From assembly GCA_905178155.1 (NCBI GenBank), contig CAJINV010000013.1:300344-364343 (forward strand): a stretch of 64,000 nt of DNA, given 5' to 3'. This document shows, one piece after another, positions 42,257-54,124 of this stretch. Numbering within the stretch: position 1 is the first letter of the stretch; every line of letters begins with the position of its first letter. This stretch comes from Amoebophrya sp. A120 (taxonomy: Eukaryota > Protista > Dinoflagellata). Below the pieces are notes generated by a model. That model worked only from the letters and a program-made list of their open reading frames with translations. It was not told the DNA's origin and made no database searches. Both the position numbers and the translations under genes were made by a program.

Positions 42257-44566
42257 ATGTCGGACAACTTGCCCACCGATCAGCAGATAGCCGATGTACT
42301 CAAGCGGGTTGAGTACGACCGCGTGCGACAGCACGACCTGCCGGTGGCGCCATCCCTCCCCCGCGCCGTCAACGTTTCCCGCGAGTCACTGCTGCGTGCG
42401 CAGCAGCTGCTGGCGCAGATGGACGACGAAACAATGGCGAGGTCGCGGGAGCTGTGGACGCAAGTTCCGGCTGAGCTGCGGCTCCCGGACGTGTGCAAGA
42501 AACTCGGCCTCTGGGAAAGGCTGGGGAAGCTGTATCACAGCTGCGACGCGGACGCCTGGCGGGTCTGGCTCGAGGGCTTGCGCTGCATCGACCGGTGCGA
42601 TGTGCCGGACTGCTGGTCGCCGCGGATAGGGAAGGACAAGATGGCGAAGCCTGTAGCGGAATTTCGCCCCTCGGCCGTGGTTAAGCGGATTGCGAGCGGA
42701 AGCGGGCTGTACGAGCCCCCGCCTTGGCCGGTGAGCGAGCAGCAGCTGGTGTGGGATAAAAGCATCCGGGAGACCGAGGTCGTGGAGGACCTCGGCTACA
42801 GGCTGCTGGAGGGGCCCTTCGAGGTCGACGACCTTGCAGAGATCGAGGGGGCTTTTCGGCGGTTCGTGCGGTTCCAGAAGGCGGACAAGGCCCGGATGAT
42901 AGATCCGGCCTGCAGCGCAAACATGTGCTCGCCGCTGGATAAGCGGGTCCCGATCCCGTCGGTCCACGACATCCTGGTGAATGCCGCCATTGCCGCAGAC
43001 CCCTCGCGCGAGGGGCTTCGGGTCGTGCAGCACTCGCGGAAGGCGCTGAAAAGATGCAGAAAAGCGGAGATGCGATTCGAGAAGCAACTCAAAGCAGTGT
43101 TTGCCGGCGAACTGACGCAGGTCGACAGCGACCTGCTTAAGGACGGCGCCCGCCAGCCCATCCGGTCCGAGCGGCCGTCGTTCCCCGTCGCCCACCGGGC
43201 GGCCAAAAGACCATCCGATCAGCAGCTACACGATTTGGATATCGTGCTGCTGGACATCGCGAAGTGCTACAACAACCTGGTCGTGCGCCCCTGCGACAAG
43301 CGCTACAATCGGGTGCTGGTGTTCAACCCGACGGGGCTGCTGCCAGGTCAAGAGGCGGCAAGCACGGGCAGCGGGGACGCCCCCCGGCCGCGGTACATGT
43401 GGTTCCAAGCGGTCACGGCAGTGTTCGGCAATCGCCACAGCGTCACCGGCTGGTGTCGCTGTGGCAAGCTCGTCCGGTCGGTCCTCCGGAGTCACTACGG
43501 CCTCTGCGCCGATGACTATGTGGATGACTATCCAATTTTCTGCCCCCGCGGGCTTGGGACGCTGGTCATGGAGGTCCTGCTTGACCTCCTCAAGCGCCTC
43601 GGGCTGCCGGCGATGAAGGAGAAGGTCAAAGCGGGCACCGCGCTGGAAGTGCTCGGCATGTTCTTCTCCGTCGCGTCGCAGGTGCCATCCATGGCCGTCA
43701 CCGAGGCCAAGCGGGCGCAGATCGTCAAAGCGTGCGACGACGCACTGCTGCTCGGCGAGCTCGCCCCCGCTGCCGCCGACAATTTGCTTGGGCGGCTTAC
43801 GTTTTCCTTGTGCGCCTTGGCGGACCGCGCCCTCAACCCGCTGCTGAGACCGCTGCGGCAGCACGTTGACAGGGGGGACCAGGCGCTGTCGGACATGCTT
43901 CGGCACAGCCTCCACGCGATCAAGGCTGTTATGGGGCTCAACCTCCACCGCGAGGCGAGTTTCGAGGACCCCTGCGCCTTCAACACGCTGATTTACACGG
44001 ACGCCTCGTGGTCCAGTGGCAAGGGCTGGGTCGCGGCGGTGCTCGTGATTGCCGGGAAGTTTTACTGTGTCCGGGCGCCGGTGCGGAAGCACCAGCTGCA
44101 CCCGGACTACGATACATGGGCGATCAACTTCTTGGAGACGATCGCCTGCGTCTTCGCGGTCAAGTACTACGGGCGCAGGGTAGCGGGCACCAGGTATGAC
44201 CACCTGGTGGACAACGATGTGGCCAAAAACTCGCTGCTGTCGCAGGGCTCCTCCGCGATTGGAAAAAAGTGGTACTACGGGGCAGCGACCGCAGCCTACT
44301 GGTACGAGGCCGCGCGGTACAATCTGAAGCCCTGGATTGCCAGGGTCCCCAGCAAGTTCAACATAGCGGACTACCCCACGCGGCCCGCACTGATGAAGCG
44401 GATCCAGGAGCTCTACCCGGGCCTCTTTGAGGAGGTTCGCGAATCCTTCGAGCTCGGGGAGTTTTGGGACCGCGCCCTGCGGGGCGACTTTGATCATGGT
44501 GTGATGAGTTTGGCGAAGATGTACGAGCGCCATCGCGATTGCGATTCCGATGGCCACAGTGATTAG
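42257..44566 (+). CDS. Reverse transcriptase-RNase H, DIRS type
   Basis: LDIAKCY, FGNRHSV, YVDD; RNase H YTDAS, INFLE, DN, RVPSKFNIADYPTR; first ATG at 42257. Confidence 0.93.
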   Translation: MSDNLPTDQQIADVLKRVEYDRVRQHDLPVAPSLPRAVNVSRESLLRAQQLLAQMDDETMARSRELWTQVPAELRLPDVCKKLGLWERLGKLYHSCDADAWRVWLEGLRCIDRCDVPDCWSPRIGKDKMAKPVAEFRPSAVVKRIASGSGLYEPPPWPVSEQQLVWDKSIRETEVVEDLGYRLLEGPFEVDDLAEIEGAFRRFVRFQKADKARMIDPACSANMCSPLDKRVPIPSVHDILVNAAIAADPSREGLRVVQHSRKALKRCRKAEMRFEKQLKAVFAGELTQVDSDLLKDGARQPIRSERPSFPVAHRAAKRPSDQQLHDLDIVLLDIAKCYNNLVVRPCDKRYNRVLVFNPTGLLPGQEAASTGSGDAPRPRYMWFQAVTAVFGNRHSVTGWCRCGKLVRSVLRSHYGLCADDYVDDYPIFCPRGLGTLVMEVLLDLLKRLGLPAMKEKVKAGTALEVLGMFFSVASQVPSMAVTEAKRAQIVKACDDALLLGELAPAAADNLLGRLTFSLCALADRALNPLLRPLRQHVDRGDQALSDMLRHSLHAIKAVMGLNLHREASFEDPCAFNTLIYTDASWSSGKGWVAAVLVIAGKFYCVRAPVRKHQLHPDYDTWAINFLETIACVFAVKYYGRRVAGTRYDHLVDNDVAKNSLLSQGSSAIGKKWYYGAATAAYWYEAARYNLKPWIARVPSKFNIADYPTRPALMKRIQELYPGLFEEVRESFELGEFWDRALRGDFDHGVMSLAKMYERHRDCDSDGHSD

Positions 44567-45474
44567 TTTTTCTCGTAGCTCTTCGCACCTTCCAGTATGT
44601 TTCTCCCATGTGCTCCCTGTACGATTTCAGTTGTCACGCACACACATAGATGCTCGCGCACGATCACAGTTGACATACATTTTCAGTTGTAGTGTGCTCC
44701 CTGCAGTGCATCGTTTTGCACCATGCGACTCAGATTGTATCGAGCTCTCAGTTCATACGAGTGACATTTCCGGCTTCATCGAGTTACCATGATGCCAGTG
44801 TTTGACTCTCATCGACGTGTGTGTCTGAGTGCCTGGACTGTTGCTGCGTCCGCACTGCGTCCTGCTGTCTGCAGTGTTCGGCTCTGGTGGTGTTGAGGCG
44901 ACGTCGGAGTGCTGATGCCCTCGCATCGCGCGCTCCCTGTCCTGCGCTTCCTCGGTGGACTACCGCTGCGTTTCGCTGTGGCTTCTTTGGGGTGTTGGCA
45001 GTTCCACCCGGCCTTCACCGATCTCGGCTGCGCTATGCACGAGACGTTCCGGTGCGGAAGTCACGCGCAGCTTCGGGTTCAGCCCGCACGGTCGGCCTGT
45101 CCTCGAGGCTCTTTGCCTGCTCTGCGGCAGTCCGCTTGAGGTCGCGTTGCGACCCTGACGACTTGGTCGTCGCCTCTTCGCGCCATAAGACTGCAGTAAA
45201 AAGCCCTATAAAAAGTTTTCAAAATTTTGGAATTTCTAAAAAATGCACAGAGGACGCATTTTCCAACTTGGTTTGGTTACAGAAGTGGACACCTCACACA
45301 ACATGACTGCTATGTCTCACTAAAATCATAACGCAAACTGCATTGCATTAAGAAGTTCCGAGCTGTGCCATGTTTCAGAATTTCGCCTATTGTGAATTTA
45401 GCAAAAAGCCACAAAGGATGGGGATGCTTTTTCTTATAAAGTGAGTGCATACTATGAAAAAACGCACACAGTCT

Positions 45475-48400
45475 TGAAGCGGCGAGGGACGAGCCCGCAG
45501 CTTTATTCTGCCGACCGGCGTGGAGATAGGCCCAAACGGGCCACCGTGAGGAAGTGCCAGGCCGGTGCCTGGTCGTTGTTCAGTTCGTTCTGCCCTTGCT
45601 GGGCTACTTGTTGTATCTGAAGCTGGCTGCAAGTGCAGCTACACCTTCAGAAAAGGGCAGCAGGGAGATTTACCGTCGCAGCACCGTTGCTGCGGGTTTT
45701 TCTCTTGGTAGGGCTTAGCCGTCCTCCCCCTATGCAGGCTCCGCAGTCCCAATGTGTGTCCACAGTGTGTGGCAGTAGTTTGTAGCTCCAGGGACTGTGG
45801 TAAGTGGAGCAGCAGGTGTCCGGCGTTCCCCGGCCTGCTTGTAGTGCATTGTAGCACTGGTGGAAGCCCGCTGCGGCAGTGTAAAAGCAGGTGTCCAGCA
45901 TGTGCTGGCCTGCTCGTAGTGCATTGTAGCACTGGTAGAAGCACGCTGAGGCAGTGCGTAAGCAGGTGTCCAACATATGCTGGGCTGCTGGTAGTGCGTT
46001 GTAGCACCGCTGGGCGCCCGTTGTGGCCGTATGTATGCAGATGGTCAGTATGTACTGGCCTCCAGGTGGTGCGTCTGGTAGTGATCAGTGCGGGCCAGTC
46101 GCAGGCGTTCGGGCGTTTCCCGACCTGCCAGCAGTGCTCTTTGTGCAGGCTGTCCGGTGTAGGTCATTGCAGACCAGTAGCAGGCGTTCGGGTGTTCCCG
46201 ATCTGCAGTAGTGCTCTTCGCACAAGGACCGAGGTCATTGTAGACCCCTTGCAGGTGTCCGGGATATCCCGGCCTGCAAGTAGTGCTGTTTGCACATGCC
46301 GAAGGTCATGCTAGATCGGCAGTAGGCGGCCCATTGCGGCCAGCACTGTTGGAAGCCGGCAGGTGGCGTCATTACTGAGACCGGAAGTAGGTATACGGGC
46401 AGTACAGTTGGAAGCCCATTGCGGCAGGTGCCTTGCGCACCAGTTTGGAGTCAGTGCAGACCTTGTTTCCCGTGCTTTTTGCCTTAGTGCAGGGTCACTC
46501 GCACCGGCACCCTGCTGCAGGTGCGGCTCGCACCCGTACAGGTCCACTTGGGACCCCGTTAGAAGTGAATGGCAGTGCCTCAGGGGCACAGTTGAGGTTC
46601 CGGGCCCGACAAGTGTCGGCCGAACAGTAGTAGTGCTTGTAGCACTTGTTGGTAGTGCCCGTGGTGCACTGTTGAAGAGCCGGGTCCAGCGCGTGCTGGC
46701 CGGAAAGTACTAGTGCTCATCGCACCTGTTGGAACTGCCTGTGTCGCGCAGTTGAGTTGTCGGCTCCAGCGCGCGCTGGCCGGACAGTAGTTGTGCTAGC
46801 CGCATTTGTTCGCACTAGTGCCTGTGGTGCGCCGTTGATGTTCCGGGCCCGGCGTGTCCTGGCCGGACAGTAGCGCCTGTCGCGCTTTGTAGTTGCGCAA
46901 CCCCGCATGTGGTGTGCGGTTGAAGTTCTCGGGCCGGCGGGGCAGTGCTGCCCGCCGCGCGTGTTTCAAGTGTGCCAGGCGCAGTGCTGTGGCTTAAACT
47001 CTAGTGCAAATCGACCGGGCAGAGGTGCGCTCTGCACTATTTTGGTTGCCTTCTGGTGCAGGGAAGTTGAGTGGTAGTGCCGCAGGGCGCGGCTGGAGTT
47101 CCGGGTCGGACTCCAGCCGGCCCACCGGTAGTGCGTGTCGCACCTTGCTGGGTCTCGGCCGGATCACTGCGTGCCTCCAGCCGTGTATTTGCTGTGCGCG
47201 TGGCGCCGGCCGCGCACGTGCGTTTTCCTGTGCCAACGGTAATGTGGTGGCAGTTCTGTTCCACGGGCCCGCTGCTGCCCCAATGCCGCAGATGCAAGTG
47301 TAAATTGTGTAGCGCTTGTTGCGCACCTGCCAGAGCTCATTGGTGAGGTAGATTCAAGGCCAAGTACGCTAGTACGCGCCCCGCGTATTGCGTTGCGGCA
47401 CACCATGCAGCGTGCCACCTTTTTCGCACTTTAGGAGTACGTCGCGCCGGTTGCGCTGCTGCTGTTGCATACTTGTTCGAGCCCGCCTAAGGCTGCCACG
47501 GCTCGCACTAAGGAGTTGCACGAGTTGCCCTAGAAGTGATACGGCTGCCACCTGGGCAGATTTTTGCCCCTTTGTTGTTCTGCTGCGGCAGCGATGGGCA
47601 CTGCACCATGGTCGCCAGCAGCTTGCTCCTAGTTTCGTGCTACCTCCCTGTAGAGTTCAAAGCGCTTGCGCCACGTCGCCCCCTGCGCCGCACCGCAGTA
47701 GTGTGTGGCGCACTGCTGAAGTTATTTGCGTTGCGCCCTAGAAGCGGTTTCTCTCTCTAGGTGTAGGCCCTGAGCACCCGAGCTTTGCGGCGCCCGCCTC
47801 CGGGCTCTGGCGTTAGCCCCTGCATCGCTGCTCGCGGTGGATTTGTTGCAGACAGCAGTCCCCAGCTTGGGTTCTTGAAGGATGAAGTCAGCTGGCTTCA
47901 GATGCGCGTCTGGAACGTTGGAATGTAGTTGGCGGCCACCCGGCGTAGAAGTTATGGCACCATGTGACATAGCGGAGATCCCATGTACCGCTGGCATTTG
48001 GCGGATGTTTTCGAAGTTGGCCCTCGTAGCGCCAGTCGCTGCTAGCGTGGTCCAGAAAGAGGTGTGGGCTGTAGCTTTGAGTGGTAAAGCGCCCGCGTGT
48101 GCGCTTCTCATGTGATGGCGTGCGAGTTGGCTCCCGGACGTGATAGCTCCACTGCTGCCTCTAGATTGTGACTTGGTCGCCTCCTTTGCGCGGTAGGGGC
48201 CAGACCGTAGCGTTGCGCTACCCCATCATCACTTCTTGTTCGCTGTATTTGCCGATAGTCCCCCTTCAGCAGGGTTTGGAAGGGTCTAGTTTTGCGGCAG
48301 GGGTTGCGCAGAGCGAGAGGAAAAGGCGACGAGCACTGCTCCCGTGGTGGGTCGGTCGTTCTCTACTCAGGTAGGGATCACCCCACGCGGGCGGCGGGAC

Positions 48401-51400
48401 TTGTGCCTTGGCGCGAGGCCGTTGCGACCGACCCACGTCGGGAGCAGCGCTTCGCCGCCTCTTTCTCTTGCGGGCGGCCATTGATTTGGGTTTGATGTCA
48501 AGACTGGCTTGTCTGGTGAAAGCCGCCGCCCTGTGGCAAGTTGGTCTTCGTCCAGCTGTAGGCGTAAGCGCAGCAGGCGCGCATGCCTCGTTTTCTGTTG
48601 CAGGCACACAACTGGCGCACACACATCTGGCCCATCTCTCCTCCGCCCGGAAGAGCGTGGTGGGGGTTGTCTTTTTGTGGGCCTCGGTCGGCCCCCTCTT
48701 CCTGTTGTCAGAGCGATGGTGGCGATAGTGCCAACCCCCCCTCGTGCGGCTTTTGGTGCCGCTATTCGGGTTCTCGCGCTTCAGTCGAGGGTCGACTGCG
48801 CTTCGCCCCGCTCTCCGGGCGCTGCTTCTTTTCGGGACCAGACGGCGTGCCATTCTACCGGCCGCGTCGGACATAATAAAATAAAGCGGCGAGGGACGAG
48901 CCCGCAGTTTTATTCTGCCGACCGGCGTGGAGATAGGCCCAAACGGGCCACCGTGAGGAAGTGCCAGGCCGGTGCCTGGCCGTTGTTCAGTTCGTTCTGC
49001 CCTTGCTGGGCTACTTGTTGTTTCTGAAGCTGGCTGCAAGTGCAGCTACACCTTCAGAAAAGGGCAGCAGGGAGATTTACCGTCGCAGCACCGTTGCTGC
49101 GGGTTTTTCTCTTGGTAGGGCTTAGCCGTCCTCCCCCTATGCAGGCTCCGCAGTCCCAATGTGTGTCCACAGTGTGTGGCAGTAGTTTGTAGCTCCAGGG
49201 ACTGTGGTAAGTGGAGCAGCAGGTGTCCGGCGTTCCCCGGCCTGCTTGTAGTGCATTGTAGCACTGGTGGAAGCCCGCTGCGGCAGTGTAAAAGCAGGTG
49301 TCCAGCATGTGCTGGCCTGCTCGTAGTGCATTGTAGCACTGGTAGAAGCTCGCTGAGGCAGTGCGTAAGCAGGTGTCCAACATATGCTGGGCTGCTGGTA
49401 GTGCGTTGTAGCACCGCTGGGCGCCCGTTGTGGCCGTATGTATGCAGATGGTCAGTATGTACTGGCCTCCAGGTGGTGCGTCTGGTAGTGATCAGTGCGG
49501 GCCAGTCGCAGGCGTTCGGGCGTTTCCCGACCTGCCAGCAGTGCTCTTTGTGCAGGCTGTCCGGTGTAGGTCATTGCAGACCAGTAGCAGGCGTTCGGGT
49601 GTTCCCGATCTGCAGTAGTGCTCTTCGCACAAGGACCGAGGTCATTGTAGACCCCTTGCAGGTGTCCGGGATATCCCGGCCTGCAAGTAGTGCTGTTTGC
49701 ACATGCCGAAGGTCATGCTAGATCGGCAGTAGGCGGCCCATTGCGGCCAGCACTGTTGGAAGCCGGCAGGTGGCGTCATTACTGAGACCGGAAGTAGGTA
49801 TACGGGCAGTACAGTTGGAAGCCCATTGCGGCAGGTGCCTTGCGCACCAGTTTGGAGTCAGTGCAGACCTTGTTTCCCGTGCTTTTTGCCTTAGTGCAGG
49901 GTCACTCGCACCGGCACCCTGCTGCAGGTGCGGCTCGCACCCGTACAGGTCCACTTGGGACCCCGTTAGAAGTGAATGGCAGTGCCTCAGGGGCACAGTT
50001 GAGGTTCCGGGCCCGACAAGTGTCGGCCGAACAGTAGTAGTGCTTGTAGCACTTGTTGGTAGTGCCCGTGGTGCACTGTTGAAGAGCCGGGTCCAGCGCG
50101 TGCTGGCCGGAAAGTACTAGTGCTCATCGCACCTGTTGGTACTGCCTGTGTCGCGCAGTTGAGTTGTCGGCTCCAGCGCGCGCTGGCCGGACAGTAGTTG
50201 TGCTAGCCGCATTTGTTCGCACTAGTGCCTGTGGTGCGCCGTTGATGTTCCGGGCCCGGCGTGTCCTGGCCGGACAGTAGCGCCTGTCGCGCTTTGTAGT
50301 TGCGCAACCCCGCATGTGGTGTGCGGTTGAAGTTCTCGGGCCGGCGGGGCAGTGCTGCCCGCCGCGCGTGTTTCAAGTGTGCCAGGCGCAGTGCTGTGGC
50401 TTAAACTCTAGTGCAAATCGACCGGGCAGAGGTGCGCTCTGCACTATTTTGGTTGCCTTCTGGTGCAGGGAAGTTGAGTGGTAGTGCCGCAGGGCGCGGC
50501 TGGAGTTCCGGGTCGGACTCCAGCCGGCCCACCGGTAGTGCGTGTCGCACCTTGCTGGGTCTCGGCCGGATCACTGCGTGCCTCCAGCCGTGTATTTGCT
50601 GTGCGCGTGGCGCCGGCCGCGCACGTGCGTTTTCCTGTGCCAACGGTAATGTGGTGGCAGTTCTGTTCCACGGGCCCGCTGCTGCCCCAATGCCGCAGAT
50701 GCAAGTGTAAATTGTGTAGCGCTTGTTGCGCACCTGCCAGAGCTCATTGGTGAGGTAGATTCAAGGCCAAGTACGCTAGTACGCGCCCCGCGTATTGCGT
50801 TGCGGCACACCATGCAGCGTGCCACCTTTTTCGCACTTTAGGAGTACGTCGCGCCGGTTGCGCTGCTGCTGTTGCATACTTGTTCGAGCCCGCCTAAGGC
50901 TGCCACGGCTCGCACTAAGGAGTTGCACGAGTTGCCCTAGAAGTGATACGGCTGCCACCTGGGCAGATTTTTGCCCCTTTGTTGTTCTGCTGCGGCAGCG
51001 ATGGGCACTGCACCATGGTCGCCAGCAGCTTGCTCCTAGTTTCGTGCTACCTCCCTGTAGAGTTCAAAGCGCTTGCGCCACGTCGCCCCCTGCGCCGCAC
51101 CGCAGTAGTGTGTGGCGCACTGCTGAAGTTATTTGCGTTGCGCCCTAGAAGCGGTTTCTCTCTCTAGGTGTAGGCCCTGAGCACCCGAGCTTTGCGGCGC
51201 CCGCCTCCGGGCTCTGGCGTTAGCCCCTGCATCGCTGCTCGCGGTGGATTTGTTGCAGACAGCAGTCCCCAGCTTGGGTTCTTGAAGGATGAAGTCAGCT
51301 GGCTTCAGATGCGCGTCTGGAACGTTGGAATGTAGTTGGCGGCCACCCGGCGTAGAAGTTATGGCACCATGTGACATAGCGGAGATCCCATGCACCGCTG

Positions 51401-52519
51401 GCATTTGGCGGATGTTTTCGAAGTTGGCCCTCGTAGCGCCAGTCGCTGCTAGCGTGGTCCAGAAAGAGGCGCGGGCTGTAGCTTTGAGTGGTAAAGCGCC
51501 CGCGTGTGCGCTTCTCATGTGATGGCGTGCGAGTTGGCTCCCGGACGTGATAGCTCCACTGCTGCCTCTAGATTGTGACTTGGTCGCCTCCTTTGCGCGG
51601 TAGGGGCCAGACCGTAGCGCTGCGCTACCCCATCATCACTTCTTGTTCGCTGTATTTGCCGATAGTCCCCCTTCAGCAGGGTTTGGAAGGGTCTAGTTTT
51701 GCGGCAGGGGTTGCGCAGAGCGAGAGGAAAAGGCGACGAGCACTGCTCCCGTGGTGGGTCGGTCGTTCTCTACTCAGGTAGGGATCACCCCACGCGGGCG
51801 GCGGGACTTGTGCCTTGGCGCGAGGCCGTTGCGACCGACCCACGTCGGGAGCAGCGCTTCGCCGCCTCTTTCTCTTGCGGGCGGCCATTGATTTGGGTTT
51901 GATGTCAAGACTGGCTTGTCTGGTGAAAGCCGCCGCCCTGTGGCAAGTTGGTCTTCGTCCAGCTGTAGGCGTAAGCGCAGCAGGCGCGCATGCCTCGTTT
52001 TCTGTTGCAGGCACACACCTGGCGCACACACATCTGGCCCATCTCTCCTCCGCCCGGAAGAGCGTGGTGGGGGTTGTCTTTTTGTGGGCCTCGGTCGGCC
52101 CCCTCTTCCTGTTGTCAGAGCGATGGTGGCGATAGTGCCAACCCCCCCTCGTGCGGCTTTTGGTGCCGCTATTCGGGTTCTCGCGCTTCAGTCGAGGGTC
52201 GACTGCGCTTCGCCCCGCTCTCCGGGCGCTGCTTCTTTTCGGGACCAGACGGCGTGCCATTCTACCGGCCGCGTCGGACATAATAAAATGAAGCGGCGAG
52301 GGACGAGCCCGCAGTTTTATTCTGCCGACCGGCGTGGAGATAGGCCCAAACGGGCCACCGTGAGGAAGTGCCAGGCCGGTGCCTGGCCGTTGTTCAGTTC
52401 GTTCTGCCCTTGCTGGGCTACTTGTTGTCTCTGAAGCTGGCTGCAAGTGCAGCTACACCTTCAGAAAAGGGCAGCAGGGAGATTTACCGTCGCAGCACCG
52501 TTGCTGCGGGTTTTTCTCT
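45475..52519. repeat. Tandem repeat, unit 3407 bp, two full copies plus a partial third
   Basis: Near-identical sequence at offset 3407 with only scattered SNPs. Confidence 0.95.
45808..46015. repeat. ~75-bp degenerate minisatellite (also ~49215-49420)
   Basis: agcaggtgtcc...gtagtgcattgtagcac recurs at 75-bp spacing. Confidence 0.7.
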
Positions 52520-54124
52520 CCCACCCCTCCCACCCTGCTTTGTTTGTCGTTTGGCAAGTTTTGCTCCTTGCAACAGTGGCCCTTCGGGACTTATTCTGAT
52601 GTTTGTGGTCATTCAGAGCGGATTATGGCGCGTGGCACCTTTCTAGCTGCTGCTGCTGCCGGTTGTCTGGGATTTGTGGCCCGTAGCAGTTGTTTCCACC
52701 TCTGGAGGCGTTCTCACCATGCGTGGTTGTCTTGCCCCGCCTCGTGCTTTTTGTCACAGTTTCAATTCAGTCGCCTCGCAGTGGCTCGCTACGTCTCACC
52801 AGCTGCGCATGCCAAGTTTAGCAAGTATGCGCAACAGTTTAGCTTGCGGGCGACGTTTAGTTTTGTGCCCTCCGCCCCTGCGGAGCGGCGGCGCTTTACG
52901 CCCTCCCCCCTCCGAGTTGGGGGGCGCAGCGCTGTGTCCGATTTTAGTTTTAGAGTTTTATCGTTCATTGCCGCCGCGGTACGGCGCTAGGAGATGAATT
53001 TCAGGAGCCCTTCCTGGGCAATGTATAAGGATCGGGCGCAGTGCTTGCGCCAGTCGTCGCTGCTGTCGCGCTTTTTAGCAGCTCCGTCCCCTGTCCGGGG
53101 TTTCACTTTTCTTGCGGGGACGCACTTCGTGTTCCCCACGACACATGCACCGGCTTGCGTTGGTTGATGGAATGAGCACACTGTAGGCGTGCCGGGAGCA
53201 GTGCTTGCGCTGTTCTCCCGCGGCACGCGCTTTGCAGCTTCGGGGAGCGGTTCGTCGCTTGGTCGACCTTCGGTTGAGACTTCTTGGGGGTTTCCTGTGC
53301 GTTAGTCTTCTGGTGTTTTTGTTGCCAACCCCCCCTCGTGCGGCTTTTGGTGCCGCTATTCGGGTTCTCGCGCTTCAGTCGAGGGTCGACTGCGCTTCGC
53401 CCCGCTCTCCGGGCGCTGCTTCTTTTCGGGACCAGTCGGTGTGCCATTCTACCGGCCGCGTCGGACATAATAAAACTATCAATCCTCCAAGTTGCCACAT
53501 AGTTTTACCCTGTTTCACACTTTGGGAATTTTTCAAAATTTTTCGATTCTTTTGCAATTTGTAAAAATTTACCACCTTGCCCATATTTTGGCTTAATGCG
53601 TGGCAAGTGTACAAATAATATCGAGCATTTACGTAGTTTGCGTGGTTTTTACTTGTCAGATGGGTCATTTTCTCCACTCCCAAAATTTTTGAGTTTTTTA
53701 ATATTTTTTCAACACGGATTCTTTTCTCAGCTGTCACTCGCTTCTCGTTTTCTACACACATGTTTTGACTGGATACGCAAGACCGTCTTGTCCTATGAAG
53801 CTCCGACGAGCGCGAACGCAAGATCTGCGCCGACGCATCGGGCAGGACGACGCCAGGTCGGCACGAGCACGACCGCACGGGGGAGGCACCGCTCAACACA
53901 ACCTCCCAGACAACACAAACCTTCCACGGGCGTCGACAGACCGATGCGCCACTGCATAACTTGCAACGCGCTAGACGGAGAAGCAGCACCGCGATAGAAC
54001 AGAGCTATCGGTGCCAACACGGCCTTGACACATCCTTCACACAGTGCCTTGACAAGCACATCTGCGCAATCTCATGATCTGAAATGATTTTCACAAAAAA
54101 ACACGATCAACAAGTACACGCGAA

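Larger units (their letters stand above)
36270..45201 (+). mobile_element. Tyrosine-recombinase retrotransposon 1 (DIRS order, split direct repeats)
   Basis: A1 36270-36493 = A2 37605-37828; B1 37397-37604 = B2 44994-45201; YR, gag and RT-RH ORFs; no TSD seen. Confidence 0.93.
45475..53475 (+). mobile_element. Non-autonomous split-direct-repeat element with a tandemly duplicated 3407-bp A-spacer-B module
   Basis: A at 45475-45705, 48882-49112, 52289-52519; B at 48729-48881, 52136-52288, 53323-53475; B|A junction ATAAAA|T; no credible ORF. Confidence 0.75.

Noticed and set aside
42386-44557. Long antisense ORFs opposite the RT (also 40451-41287 and 19716-20732)
   Set aside because: Shadow ORFs from GC3-rich codon usage; no equivalent long ORF opposite the homologous RT of element 2
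45800-46900. Recurrent short motifs that could be mistaken for a CRISPR array
   Set aside because: Repeats are degenerate with no unique spacers, no cas genes are present, and the context is eukaryotic
45639-52446. Many Cys/Arg-rich ORFs in the 3.4-kb tandem units
   Set aside because: Overlapping on both strands with no domain motifs; explained by GC-rich and minisatellite sequence
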